A DNA stretch of 64,000 nt, from the NCBI GenBank assembly GCA_012295275.1, contig CM022665.1:24738001-24802000 (forward strand), in the 5' to 3' direction. Of this stretch, positions 46,122 to 57,953 are shown one piece after another. The notes beneath the pieces are model-generated. The model was not told the origin of the DNA. It did no database searches and was given only the letters and a program-made list of their open reading frames with translations. Each line of letters begins with the position of its first letter. The first letter of the stretch is position 1. A program made the translations under genes and the position numbers. The stretch comes from Chrysomallon squamiferum (lineage: Eukaryota > Animalia > Mollusca).

Positions 46122-47886
46122 TTACGTTTCTGAAGGTCCCATGCCAGATTTCATCACAGTGATCATATGATAGAAGAAAACACTCCACGCCTTTCTAGCT
46201 TCTCTGTCATACACGTCTGGTAAAAGTTTTTGGAAAGAATAATCGAAAGCAGACCACAATTTCTGAAAGTACAAAGAGAGAAAGAGTAAAGGAAATGATA
46301 TATATATATATATATATAAAACAAAGAAAGAAAGAAAAAACACTATCACAACCACCACCACCATAAAAATAAAAAAATAAATAAATAAATACAGAAAAAG
46401 ATGACCATTAATACTGAAGCGTACTTAGTTACTGAGTTATTGTTAAAAATATATTCAATCATTTCACCTCTTCATTTATGACTGTTTTTATTATTATTGT
46501 TTTTGTTGTTGTTGTTGTTGGTGGTGGTGTCATTATTATTATAAAATTATTTCTCTTAATTCTCTGAAATTATTACATTTTATTTTATCATCATGCTTAC
46601 ATTCCGTAATTATTTGTGCAATACTGGACGTCACATCGTTAAATATAACTGTATAACAGAAAATCGTATTCCACCAAAGACAGAAAACAAAAAGAGAGAT
46701 CCAAATAGAAGACCAAAAAAAAAAAAAAGTGACCAAAAGATCAAAACATGAGCGAATGAGAAAGAACAAGTAAAGGGGCGCGAGAGTGAAAAAAGAGAGG
46801 AAAAGAAAGAGAAGTGAAAAAGAGTAAAGAGAAAAAAAAAAAAAAAACGGAAAAAAGAGATGAAGATAGCAAAACTGTACTTGATAGCTCTGAACAAAGT
46901 GTGAACCAAAAAGCGACAGTAGAAAACGAAAAAAAAAAAAAAAAAAATAATAATAATATATATATATATATATAAATAAAAAAATAAAAACAGATGAAGA
47001 AACCAAATTATAACATCAATTATCTCATTTTTTCTCTGTTAAAACTTGTTTCAACGAACCTCTAACACTTGGAAGGGGACGGCATTGCCGTGATGCTTAC
47101 TGCCCAGAATGAAGAGAAACTTGTTGAGTTTGGGCAAATTGTCGATACACTCCACTGCAAACCCAATCCCGTCCATGACCAAAGCAGCATGTCGCTGTAG
47201 ACTCTTCTCATCAATCGTAAACTTCTCTCCTCCGTCTTCCAGCACGATCTTGGGAAACAGATAACGAATCTGTTTTTCAGACAACAACAGGCTAGAAGAA
47301 AGATGAAAACAAAATTTAATTCAAAATTTATTTTTTCCTTCTCCGGAATGCGAGAGCATAGTGGAACTGTAATGTCACAATCTGCTTTTATGACGAAAAT
47401 AACGGGAAAATGTTTTGTCTGATATATAAGCTAATGAAAATTTGGAGCACTTTAAGTAATCGAAATAAAACTGTAAGATAGTAAATCGATGTAGAAAGAA
47501 TCATACTAGAGGCTAAAATTTTGTTCTATTTATGAGTCTTTAGAAAAAAATTCACTACATAGATTATGTCTTTCTACACTGAATTTGTTGTCCAACAAAG
47601 AACTGAAAATAGAACAAAACAAACAAAATAAATAAACAAATAAATAAATAACAGCAGTAATAATAACAGTAACAACAACAACAACAACAACAACAACAGC
47701 AATAACAATAATATTAATAATACAAAGTATTTACTGACTGGTGTAGACTTACGTTTTATAGATATTGTTGCCGAATTCTTGCTTCATGTTGTCTTCTTTG
47801 ATTTTCGACCAGACGTTGCGAATGTGATATTTCTGCTTCTGTGATAAAGACGTCAATCGCGAAGGTTGAGAAAAATTGCAACCCAT
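46122..47886 (-). CDS. Globin with an N-terminal acylation motif (globin X-like / neuroglobin-like), 168 aa; exons 47886-47753, 47291-47060, 46262-46122
   Basis: Starts MGCNFS. Shows the A-helix LSQKQKYHIRNVW, Phe CD1 (RYLF), His E7 (LQRHA), His F8 (LGSKH) and H-helix ARKAW. Introns fall at the canonical B12.2 and G7.0 positions. Confidence 0.9.
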
Positions 47887-48814
47887 AACTGGTTGCAGTT
47901 CACAGTTTTCCCGTTGTCGTCGTAAACGTTTTCATCATAAAGTCATATGCTGTCCACTGTTTGAGAAATGCAAAATTAATTTCTGCGACGTAAAGTCAAA
48001 GAAAAACCGAAAGTCATTAAAAGAAGACGCGAATTTACATTTTCTTTTTCCTCACTGACTCTGGTAAGGTCACAACATTTAAGCAATAAAAGTTATTTAA
48101 CTTAAATAAAAAAAGAGTCCCTTTTATGAATAATATTAACTTTAAACATTTATTTAAAAAAAACAAAAAAAACAACATTAAATTAAATTCAAACTAACAT
48201 TCTTAGTCGTAAAGCAAAAATTTATATTTAGATGCTGGAATCGTCTTGTATAGCTGTTTCTGTTATTTTTAACACGCAAAACTTAACTTTGCTGTAAATA
48301 GAAAAAGTTTCAGCGAAAAAATTCCGTCAAAACACTAAAATATCCCAGTTGACATTCATTTCTGTTATAGCTGCTCCAGATTCTGGTCAAAATGTACTTC
48401 TTGTTACTGTCTAGATAGCAGATGCAGCATCCAGACGAAAACACGTCGAAGTTAATCCTGCGATTGTTTGAAAATATTAACTTGACGGTGTCCGGAATAC
48501 AATGTTAATGATGCTTACTCACATCGAGAGATATCTTCGACAAAATCGCCCGTTCTTTCAATTAATGAGTTTGTGTGCTAATGGCAACCTAAAACGCAAT
48601 AAGCATGTTATTATTACTTGACCCATCAACGTATTATCAGAAAACTCGAAAGCAATTATCTCTTAGTGTTTGCTGGGAGGAAATCACTTTACATATGTTC
48701 TTTCCTCACAGGATCAATATACATTTGTTCAAACGAAACTTAACGAGATGTTATGTATACTGCGAACGATTTTCTAACATTTTTTTTTTTTGTTGTTGAT
48801 TGAATTGAAAGTAC

Positions 48815-48817
<3 letters not shown>

Positions 48818-48853
<36 letters not shown>
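48818..48853. repeat. (GT)n microsatellite
   Basis: Directly visible. Confidence 0.95.
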
Positions 48854-48855
<2 letters not shown>

Positions 48856-50053
48856 CCTCTGAGAGATTGAATTTCTTGGATATCAGAAAGAGAGATATGT
48901 TGTGTCAGATATAAACAAAATTTATAGCGATATTCGCAGATAACATATACCACTTTGAAACGTATACACTAAAATAATACACATGGGACCATTTCAGATA
49001 TCAGATTAGATATAAAGAGGATTTATATGTAATAGTAATTAACACTGTTTTTACATCAGATGTTGGGTTCCAGTGGACTTTACGCTTATAACAAAACATG
49101 TTAAAACATACCAACAACAATACACATCATATCATTGTAATAATCCAGAGACTGAAAACCATACTAAGTACGTTGAGCATGTGTCAGAAACGGAGAATAA
49201 AACATCACTGTAGTAAAATGGATGCTTTAATATAATATAAAGCATATGACGTATCATATACAATATGTGACGTTTCACGATACTGAAATGTATACCAAAC
49301 TGCAAACATCAATATAATTCAGATACCGAAAAAGATTCATTTGTCAGAACTTGTATGCGCTGATGGTAGGTTACGTTTTGAAAACCACACAATTAGCCCG
49401 ATGACGTATCCGATTTTTTGAAACGTTTGTCTATATAAAATCATAACAGACATAAAAGATATAATGCACTTTTACTTTCTACTAGACTATGACGGTTACA
49501 CGTAATGAAGCGAACATCAAAGATGATACGTTTTTATGCAGGTAACATGTAAGATACAGAAAGGCAATGCATAACTGCCTCATGAGTATAAACTCACGTT
49601 ATTCAAAATATATTTTATATCATTTAAATGAATTTGACTTTTATTGTTTTGCTCATTTTGAGAGCTACATATCAATATGAAATAAATATTCATATTATTA
49701 AAATCACAATCGAAACATTTACATGTGTATATGTATGTATGAATACATGTATGTGTATGTCAGCGTGTGTCTGTGTGCACGTGTGTGCGTGTGCGTATAA
49801 TAAATTAATACATGCAGATAAAATTATTTTTTATGTACATATTTGCGTTAATTGTGCAGTTGTCTTATGATTTAAACTTAAAGTAATATCGAAAATGACA
49901 ACACCAAGCACGACAACAACAGCAACTACAACATCATCAAAAATCATTAATTACGATGATATTAGCAGTATGTCGAGGTTGGTTTTTTTTGTGTTTTTTT
50001 TAATTTTTATAATGTAATTTAGAAAAATTATTGTTATTTTTCATTGAGTGAAG

Positions 50054-53000
50054 TTACAATGCAGTAAAATGCCATAAAAAGCGACTGTTTGCTGTCGAAG
50101 TGTTACATTTAAAAAGTTCACACACAACATCTGTGTTAAGTTTTGTTTCGTTAAAATTCATGGCGTCGCAGTCCTTAGATCTCATACACAGTCGAGCACA
50201 GTCGATTTCCGAGAAGACGGTTACCGTTTGGACCGAGGTGCAATTACTTTCACTTTCGTTTCGGAATAATCTCCGTTTTGTGGTTTCTGTAGTGTGAAAG
50301 AAAAGAAAATCGTCATATATTACTACTACTACACCATTATTACAACAACTAATTAAAGGAGTAGTAGTGGTAGTAGTAGTAATAGTAGTAGTAATAGTAA
50401 TAATAATCATGACAATGATGATGATGATGATGACAGTAATGATATTAATAGTAGTATGGTAGCATTAGTAGTAGATTTAGCAATAGTATTACAGTAGTGG
50501 TTTTAATATTAGTAGTAATACCAGTAGTAGTAGTAGTAACACTGATGATGGTGAAGATAAATTTAAAAACCACTGTGTCAAAGATTATGATAACCAAATA
50601 ATATTAAAATTATGGTGGCTACAGAACAAAATAATCCAATTTTAAGTAATTTATAACTTCTGTCTATGTTTACACGAACTAAACAGAAATACCCCAAAAC
50701 GAAATCGTCGTTGAAGTTACATCATTGACAAGAACAGTACCACATTTTACCTGTTGACGCAGGTGTAGCTGTGACACATTCGCCGTTATCACATCGCTCA
50801 CGGTTTTGATACCATACGAGATTAGCATTGCACACGATATGTCCTGATGTGCCGCTCGCACAGTTGTAGTAGGCTCTGCAGTTTTCTGGATCAGCGTAGA
50901 AACCGGACTGTTTATCAGCACAGAATGTATAGGCATCTCCAGCAGCACACCTAAATTATTGTCATTACGAAAGAGTTATACAGAGCACATACATGCGTGT
51001 GTGTTTGTGTGTTTATATGCGTGTATGTGTATATCTTTGTATGAATATTTGCATATGTAAATGTTTGTGTGTTTACATATGTATGTGTGTGTTTTTGTTT
51101 GTACGCTTGTTTATGTATTTATGTACTGTACGTGTTTTTTTGGAATGGAAGTTACATTTTACTGGTGTCCAAAAGTATGATTGTACAGCAACATAAAATA
51201 GCCTGAAACAGTGACTGATTGTGAATGTATAAAAACCTTCTCCCAATAGTTTGCATACATATACCTTAAGCTTACAATAGGGGTGAGTGAAATGGATTTT
51301 GAAACTTTTCAAAAAGAACAAAACGAATTACCCAGTTTCAAACATTGCACAGGTTTTTTTTGGTTTGTTTTGTTGCTGTTATTTTTTTTCTTTCAAAACA
51401 AGAAAACATTATTTGTTGTTGTTTTTGATGGGGTGTGTGTGTTGTTGTTTGGCTGTGTTGTTTGGTTCAACTTTTTTTTTTAAATTTTCAAAACAAGAAA
51501 ACATTTATTTTTTTATTGATCGATTCAAATCCTGCGAGAGCAAAGAAACAACATTAACATTACATTCACGATGGCCGCCTTAAAGACGTCCATGTATCTG
51601 AGCGCTGCCTTAAGAGTCCAACACTGTCGAACGATTGGTATTATTTTTGCTTCAAAATTATACACGTCCATTTTCTGTACTGGGTACGTCTAAACGTTGG
51701 TAAATCTGAAACTTCAAGAGTTAATTTGTCTGCTCATGAAAAGTTAATTGATATTTCAGCCAAAATAAACTAGAGAGACTGCCCGCCGAAAACAAATTTA
51801 CAAGTACATCATATTTAATGCGATTACTTAAAATCTAAACGATATCAAATTTTAAATGGCAGGAAAATGGAAATACGTGCTCGGAGACATATGTAAACCA
51901 AATTACCATGTGCGTTTTGGCAATGCAATACTGCTCGCTGATTGGCTGATGTTAATGAAATGACAAATGACGCCAGCGGACATTATGCGACAATTCGAAA
52001 ATTCGAGTGTGTACATTAAGACTTCGAAGTGAATTCCAAAGTAAATGTTTTTTTTTTTTTTTTTTTTTTGAATTTGTGTTTTTTTTTCGAATTTCGCACA
52101 TCCCTAAGTTTGATAATTTGGTAAAAGAATGTTCAATAATAATAATTAAAAGGTTTTAAAACGCTTATTTTAAACTGGTTAAAATGTTTTGTGAAAATCC
52201 GTTATCACAATGACTACGACGTTTTCATATGTACAGTAAGTCAGCGCGACCCGTCACGTAACGAGAAGGCATCTTTAAAAAATTCATGCACGTTATTTAA
52301 GTAAGTAAACACTCACCAGGTATTTCGTTGAAAAGATTAGTAAACAGAAAAAAGATGGAAAACGCGTTACAAACAAGAGAGAACAAAAAATGTTTGTTGA
52401 TCGATTTTGAAAATCTTTCTACTAGAAAAAATGGAGAGGACAAATGCGAAATTGTTTTAATGTTGTTCCTTCACAATAATGTTAGTTAGAGTGAATGAAC
52501 TGTAATTCACTGTGATTTCTGACAATGATGTTGTGCTTTACAAAGATTTCTTAAAGTGAAGCAAACGTTTAGTGTTTTACATTCACCACGGAGCATTGTC
52601 CGCGACTCCTCTTTTTCTTTCAGTCAAACAAGGCGCATTGGTAACGTACGAAAAATGCAAACATAGATGAACTGATGATTGCTTAATAATTTATAATGTT
52701 TCTATTTATTAAAAAGAGTGTACAGTTTTTATGCCTTATGATATGAATGGTAAACAGATTTTCAGGGATTTTTAAAAACATTTTCAGTAATGTGTTTGAA
52801 GAGCGCCACAGCCTCTGTTATTTTGCATTAATAGCAAGACAGTATTATATGGACTTTTCCAAAGATAGAATTTCGCATAATTTAACATGCAAATCACTGG
52901 GGCACTGTTTTGAGAAGCGGTTTATACCAGTATACATATTTATGTAGAAACACATATGTGCACACACAAACCCAGACTGTAAACAGATACATACATACAC

Positions 53001-53862
53001 ACAAAAACATATACACAAACATGCAAATACTTACACACACTCAAATGTATACATAAGTACATAAAACGTACATACATACATACATAAATACCATGCACCC
53101 ATATAAACACAAAAACACATATACACATATACACGTTTCTGCAAACTTACATACTCACTCACATTTATAAACGCATACTTACACACATTTACAAAACACA
53201 TACTCGCTCACACTTAAGAAACACATGCTCACTGTTACAACCAGACATACTCACTTACACTTACAAACACACAAACTCACTCACTCTTATAAACACTCAT
53301 GTTCACTCACACTGACAAACACGCACGCTCACTCACCTCACTCACATTTACGAACATACACAGACACAGTTAAGAGATTACAAACGATCTTCACTCAATT
53401 TTTTAAATTACAGAGTTTTCATTCTCTGAATCTCAGCGTAACTCCTATTTATTCTGTTACGAAATCCATTACGACAGAACGTGACAAATATTAAATCCTA
53501 CTCAGTAACCACGGCGTTTTTATAAACATCTTATTTACATACAGCATCAATCGAAATGGAAAACAGTTCTTATTGTGGAGGAAGACAAAAAAAACCTTTT
53601 CGTGACTTTACTTTCGTTTTAACAAATTTGGTTCTTGTTTTGTTTTTGTGATGTGTTAGGAAATAAACGCGTAATGCAAAGGGGGAAATGATGGTAAAAA
53701 GGTTTTTACGGGAGAAAAAAAAAATCAAAATTAATATCCACTGCATAGCACAGAGTGCAAGGTTTATAATTTTTATTAGTTAAAAAACATGCTGATGAGA
53801 TGGTTGAAAAATAATAATAATAAAAAAAAATAATAATAATAATAAAAAAAAAATTAAAAAAA

Positions 53863-53901
<39 letters not shown>

Positions 53902-54889
53902 AAAAAAAAAAAAATAAAAATAAAAATAAAAATAAAATAAAATAAAATAAATAAATAAATAAATAAAATAAAATAAATAAACAAAAATAAAAATAAAAAT
54001 AAAAATAAAAATAAAATAAAATAAAATAACAAATAACATGTAACAAATAAATAACAATTAAATAAAATATAAGGTTAGTAAGGAAGAAATAAAAGAAGAA
54101 AGATATACTTTAACATTAAGCTGCATACATTTTTAATCTCAGTGACCTCAAAGAGATAACTAAACATGCAATGGGCCACTATATTTTACATGGATCTTTC
54201 CACAGAGATTAAAAATATATCTAAGATATTTTATAAACTATTAAAAGGGACACTGGTTGGAATGGTAAAAAAGTTATGTAATGACGCCTGGAGGAATTAA
54301 TCCTGCAGAGTACCATGGCTCAGGTCAGTGATCTACTGCTGAGCCATTGCGTGTCCATGGTAACTGTTTTAACTTTTAAGAGCATTTAATTTTCCTGATT
54401 AATTTGAAAATTATAGATTGCCGAAATATTAGTTGTTCGGTTTTATACCGTGAAAACTCCAGTCATACTAGCACGGCATTTATCCATGCCTGAATGACAG
54501 CTAAAAAATAACAGTTTGTGTGAGTGGCTAGTCTAACTAAATGTCCCTTTTAGAATCTATTAATGTGGTATTATATCTGTCAAAATACTCTAAAGCAATT
54601 AACAGTCAGGGTTTTTAATGTAACCGTAATAAATTATTTGCAGTTATATAAGCATTGGTCAGTTACAGGAAGCGGCTTTCTGTAGTTTTCATAAATACTG
54701 TATTTAACATATTTACACATTTGACACATTATTCTCTATATCAATAAACTGCCTATCCATCTATAATTTTGGCAAAAAAAGTTAAATAAAAATAAAACTG
54801 ATAAGTAAATTCAAATCCATAAGGCTATTTACTCACCGCAAAGTAGCGTATTCGGCGACTGCCAAGAAAGCTAAATACAACGCAACCAT
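50054..54889 (-). CDS. Secreted protein with signal peptide, chitin-binding type 2 (CBM14/peritrophin-A) domain and PAN/apple-like domain, 161 aa; exons 54889-54837, 50950-50751, 50286-50054
   Basis: Exon 1 MVALYLAFLAVAEYATL ends in phase 2 at GTGAGT. Exon 2 reads CADKQSGFYADPENCRAYYNCASGTSGHIVCNANLVWYQNRERCDNGEC (C-x13-C-x5-C-x9-C-x12-C-x4-C). Exon 3 reads SEIDCARLCMRSKDCDAMNF...CELF (PAN pattern). All phases are compatible. The CBM14 frame is absent from the ORF track. Confidence 0.85.
51278..52106. mobile_element. Possible non-autonomous hAT element in intron 1 of the CBM14-PAN gene
   Basis: Ends TAGGGGTGAGTGAAAT and ATTTCGCACATCCCTA match at 13/16 inverted positions, with subterminal TTCGAA-like motifs. 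No clean TSD. Confidence 0.42.
53808..54070. repeat. A-rich low-complexity tract (A/AAT/AAAT/AAAAAT)
   Basis: Directly visible. Confidence 0.92.
54170..54356 (-). mobile_element. Possible degenerate tRNA-derived SINE relic
   Basis: The minus strand begins ggacacgcaatggctcagcagtag (A-box-like), and the body resembles 13085-13165. Confidence 0.35.
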
Positions 54890-56239
54890 TCTCGTGTCAA
54901 GTTACGACAAAGAAATGAGCCAGCTATTAGACATCAAACAATAATCTAAACACAAAGTAGTCAGATTCAAATACTGATGGAATTGTGAATCGATTATTAC
55001 TCTAACGCCAATAAAGAAAGGATGCATTTACCTCGTCCCATGTAAGAGCATTTTCGAGTAGAGAAAAGCATCAATAGAACTCTTCAGACTTTACTCTTGC
55101 CAGACATAGCAGCACTGGTAAAAAAAAAAGACGGAAAATCTGAGGTGGGCAAATCAAAAAATCATAAAGAGGTTTCGTGCTAAAGTTCCAAGTTTCAGGA
55201 TAATAACTTCCATTAAATATTAACACCATAAATAACTCTTCATCTTAATAATACGCAAAACATAATGCCTACGCAATATCATGTTACCCGAACCTTATAA
55301 ATCTGCTCCTAAGAAGAGTATCTATTTTCAATATTAATCTGTAAGTTATTATTAGACCTTCATCCCAATAACATAGTAACCTATCTACACAATATACCAT
55401 TGGCCGCATTCTTTAAGACTGAACTTTATTAACACGTCAAGAACGTTGTTGAGCTAATACTATATTGGCCAAGTTTAATTATTGTCAGGCTTATGATACC
55501 TTTGTCCTGTTAATGAATTCAATTTATTATTATTTTTTTTATTATTATTGCTTTGAGAAGGAATAAAAAATATGGATAGTGGGTGCGAGAAAGATAAGGT
55601 CCGTCCGTGTTTCTATTTCTAGTAGCCTCACAGAACAACGAAAATGTGTAGTTCACACAGAAACAAACAGATGAAACGTCATAGAATTATGACGTCATAT
55701 ACTATAGAACTTATACGATTCTGTGTATAACGTGAACAATACATGACAGCTGATTCGATCTCCAAAAAAAGTGATATTCAGATCTAAAGAGATAAAGAAC
55801 AGAATATTAAAGCAAATATATCAAGTGTTCATTACTCGACAGTAAGTGACTGGGGTATAATCGATGAAGACACTTAGCAAATTGTATTCTTTTGATATCT
55901 CGATGGAAAAGAAAATCATGAGAAGACCGTGCAATTTTTTCAAGTGTAACATCATCTGATCAGCATTTCCGATTCTAGTAGTATTATTTGTTTAACTCTG
56001 ATCTATCATTTATAAGTAGGCGTTCAAAAAGACCATTGAACTCAGAAGAGTGTTTGAATTACAGTTTATATCTGACTTTTGTCCATAAAAGAAAAAAAAC
56101 CTCGACGGTGTGTAACCAACATATTTGTTTTGATAGGCTGCATGTACTTTCATAAAAAGCAAAGTACAGAAAGTTTTGTTTAGTTAAAAAACAATGGCTC
56201 GGTGTTTATAATGTCAAGAACTGCTTTTAAAAAAGTTAT

Positions 56240-56400
56240 TTTTTATTTTGTTTTATATTTTCATCATCATCATCATCATCATTTTTCATCCTATATTTAT
56301 TTCTATTTTTTCTTCTTAATTCATCATTATCATCATCATCATCATCATAATCATTTTTCATCCTATATTTATTTCTATTTTTTCTTCTTAATTCATCGTT

Positions 56401-56432
<32 letters not shown>

Positions 56433-56485
56433 AATTCCTTTTTCACAATCATCATCGCGTCTTCTTATCGTTATCATCATTATTA
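56240..56485. repeat. (CAT)n microsatellite within a ~70-bp tandem duplication
   Basis: catttttcatcctatatttatttctattttttcttcttaattcatc occurs twice between CAT runs. Confidence 0.85.
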
Positions 56486-56523
56486 AAATGCTTTTTTTTT
56501 CATTTCTCCTTCTCTTTATCCAG

Positions 56524-56708
56524 TTATTGTAATCTTGAATCACAATCTCGACACATGACATTATGATTACATATTTGTAGAACAGCGTCAAAGAAAAGTG
56601 CGCATCCTGTAGTTGTTGGTTTCCACGTTGACGCGTCCCCGAAAGAATCACTATTCATTGTTTCACAACAGTTCATTGTTAAACAGTCCGTTGCAATATT
56701 TTCTCTCT
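56524..56708 (-). CDS. Candidate terminal exon of a small Cys-rich protein (orphan)
   Basis: Acceptor tttttccgtgttggcag, phase 1, open for about 61 codons with 7 Cys (DCLTMNCCE...GCALFF...ICNHNVMCRDC). No upstream exon identified. Confidence 0.33.
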
Positions 56709-57218
56709 CTGCCAACACGGAAAAAGACAAAATATCAGTGCACCATCAATAAACCAATAATTGACCTTCTAGTACTAATTTCAGCTAAATCGTATTTTTT
56801 GTTGTTGTTCTATAAACGGATTATAACTTCTATAAGAGCTTCAAAAGAGTCATGTTAAAATACGCATGTATTGTTGCTGCTGATGCGAGTAGCGGTTCAA
56901 AAGTTGAAGAGGTATATTTTATATCGTTTTATGGATTATGCCATCTTGATTATATAATTATATGAAAATTGTATATTAAGTACCAGTAATTATGGTATCG
57001 AACGAAAACCCCGGACGTTTTTAAAAAAAAAGTGATATTTATCTTTTTTCTTTCTTTCTTTCTTTTTTTTTTCCTTTTTTTCTTTTTGGTTTTTCGTTTT
57101 TGTTCGACATCTACACAAGTTGCAAGTTAATTATAAAACATCTTTTCTCATTTAACACTATCACTTCGTTTCGATATCAGAGTGCCCCATTTCATATCAT
57201 TGTCCAAAAATACATATA

Positions 57219-57953
57219 CAGTGGTACCTTGACTTACGAGCTTAATTCGTTTCGTGATCGAGTTCGTATCTCAAATTGCTCGTATAACAAATCAATTTTC
57301 CCAACTGAAATGAATTGAAATACCATTAATCCGTTCCAGCCCCCCAAAACCACCCCCCCTTTTTTTGTAACGTGTTTTTAAATTAAAAAAATGTATTTAT
57401 AAATGACAAATATTGTATAAAAATAAAATAAAATAAAATGTAAAGAAATAAATTGGTTTTGTAAACTGTTTTTAACTTGGAGATCAGACAAATTATTTTT
57501 ATGCCTTTGGCTGGAGTTACAACCTTACTCGACTCCTTCTGCTTCAGTATGTACATTTCGTAGAAGTACAACGCCTAGAAGTACTGCCTGGCCAAGTCGA
57601 CTTCATGCACACACGCTAAATTTTTTCTATGAATTGAAGCTTTAAGTCAATGACATCATCCGCTCCTTCTTCTCAGTACCGTCCTTTGCACTTACTTTCT
57701 TACGATCCATGGCCAGAAAAAGGCACAACCCACCAGAGATGCTTCCGCGGCGAGGTAACCATGTGAACTAAACGAGTGAGACGAGGGATGCTGGGCGGAT
57801 GTTTTATTGTTCATTGCGCCAACTAGCGGCGTTGTATCTGAAGCTCGCTCGTAACTCGGATATTTTCTCGCAACTCAAAGCAAAAATAAACCGGCAGACT
57901 GCTCGTAACTCGAAAAAACTCGTAAGTTGGCACTCGTAAGTCGATGTACACTG
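57219..57953 (-). mobile_element. Internally deleted Tigger/pogo (Tc1-mariner superfamily) element, 735 bp, TA target duplication
   Basis: TA|CAGTGGTACCTTGACTTACGAG ... CTCGTAAGTCGATGTACACTG|TA. The minus strand retains MDRKKVSAKDGTEKKERMMS and ILKQKESSKVVTPAKGIKII transposase remnants. Confidence 0.85.

Noticed and set aside
50679-50948. 89-aa ORF MLLEMPIHSV...
   Set aside because: Wrong frame. The overlapping frame encodes the chitin-binding domain and fits both flanking splice phases.
52317-52421. Exon-like segment (tag acceptor, GTGAGT donor, hydrophobic reading) in intron 1 of the CBM14-PAN gene
   Set aside because: Its open frame is phase 1, whereas the flanking exons need phase 2, where it contains stops. 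It is not supportable as coding without transcript data.
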